Source: Anthoceros angustus (lineage: Eukaryota; Plantae; Anthocerotophyta). From it: a DNA stretch of 64,000 nt. Shown in pieces: positions 63,291 through 64,000 of the stretch. The DNA lies in assembly GCA_010909165.1 (NCBI GenBank), contig MU008206.1:310001-374000 (forward strand), given 5' to 3'. The notes beneath the pieces were generated by a model. That model was given only the letters and a program-made list of their open reading frames with translations. It was not told the DNA's origin and searched no databases. The stretch's first letter is position 1. Each line of letters starts with the position of its first letter. The translations under genes were made by a program, and so were the position numbers.

Positions 63291-64000
63291 TGTCGTTATA
63301 GTCCTAGGATTCGATCCCAAGGGAATGTTGTGTCAAGGTGTGCTAAATCTATGGATTCTAGACACCCCGCCGCCACTACCCCACCTTCTCCACCACCGCC
63401 CAAACCCACCACTGTAGACTCGGCCACCGCAGTGGCTTCACCGTGGCGGTCCCACCACAGGCCGCCTCATGGAGTCTATTCACACCTTCTCTAACACGGA
63501 CCTAGGGGCTATGGGCATACGGATACACCTATATACGCCTCACTTACTTGGGAATTTCTGCGATTCCACCACACGCCCACTCCTTACGCACGATTTTCCC
63601 TCACACACCTCTCTCCCACAAGACTCAACTCCCTCCGAACCTTTCCTTCCAATGAACTCTCCTCGCCTCACGGGCCAGCAAGATCGACGTCGTGGTCCGC
63701 CTGCGCGTCGACGAGCAGGCCCTGCNTCGCCATCACGCACATGTACCAACCACCAAGTTGTCGGGATCGCGTTTCGTGAAGTTTGAGGAAGAAGGGTATT
63801 ATCCATTATCCTTTTGATTTTCCTTTTCGGAAATTAGGTATTTTCTGGATTTTCCTCTATATATAAATCCGCTTAAATACTTTTAATTAGTTTTAATTCC
63901 ACCTATTTCTTGAAGTTGGGTTATTAGTTTCTCATCTCGTTCTCCTTAAGTGGGAGTTATTTTAATAGTGATTATTACTTTCAGTTTACCTTAAGTTTTA
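63291..64000 (+). mobile_element. Probable LTR of another retrotransposon, running off the window
   Basis: Transposase homology stops abruptly at TGTCGTTATAG. A C-rich U3-like stretch is followed by CTATATATAAA at ~63857 and then T-rich sequence. The second LTR is not visible. Confidence 0.45.

Overview
Eukaryotic nuclear DNA from a seed-free land plant. A hornwort-like genome is the best guess (inference from densely packed genes with ~65-200 nt introns, a PLS-class PPR protein with long-L motifs and a probable flagellar gene). The window has three zones. (1) 1-5200: a degenerate Ty1/copia 3' end whose RNase H tail plus LTR is tandemly duplicated, followed by short tandem repeats. (2) 5400-34200: a compact, clean gene island containing LCB2, a 1463-aa PLS/E+ PPR with an exact 702-bp internal duplication, an alpha-amylase, SWC6/SEF, a dienelactone hydrolase, P4H1, a small unknown gene, mitochondrial HSP70, a plastid MFD/TRCF-like helicase and an EF-hand protein with flagellar-type repeats. 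(3) 34600-64000: a nested transposon zone containing a young full-length copia element (233/236-bp LTRs, CGAAG target-site duplication) with an extra antisense ORF, two different DDE-type DNA transposase remnants, a Penelope-like RT remnant and a probable LTR at the window edge. The most striking feature is at ~51250-55200 (-): a frameshifted, apparently spliced gene that fuses a ParB/Srx-like domain to a prokaryote-type beta-class N4-cytosine/N6-adenine DNA methyltransferase. It lies head-to-head with a transposase, so it is a candidate transposon-borne DNA amino-methylation system in a plant. Frameshifts throughout the repeat zone may be partly consensus errors. All family assignments come from motif recognition by eye, not from database searches.
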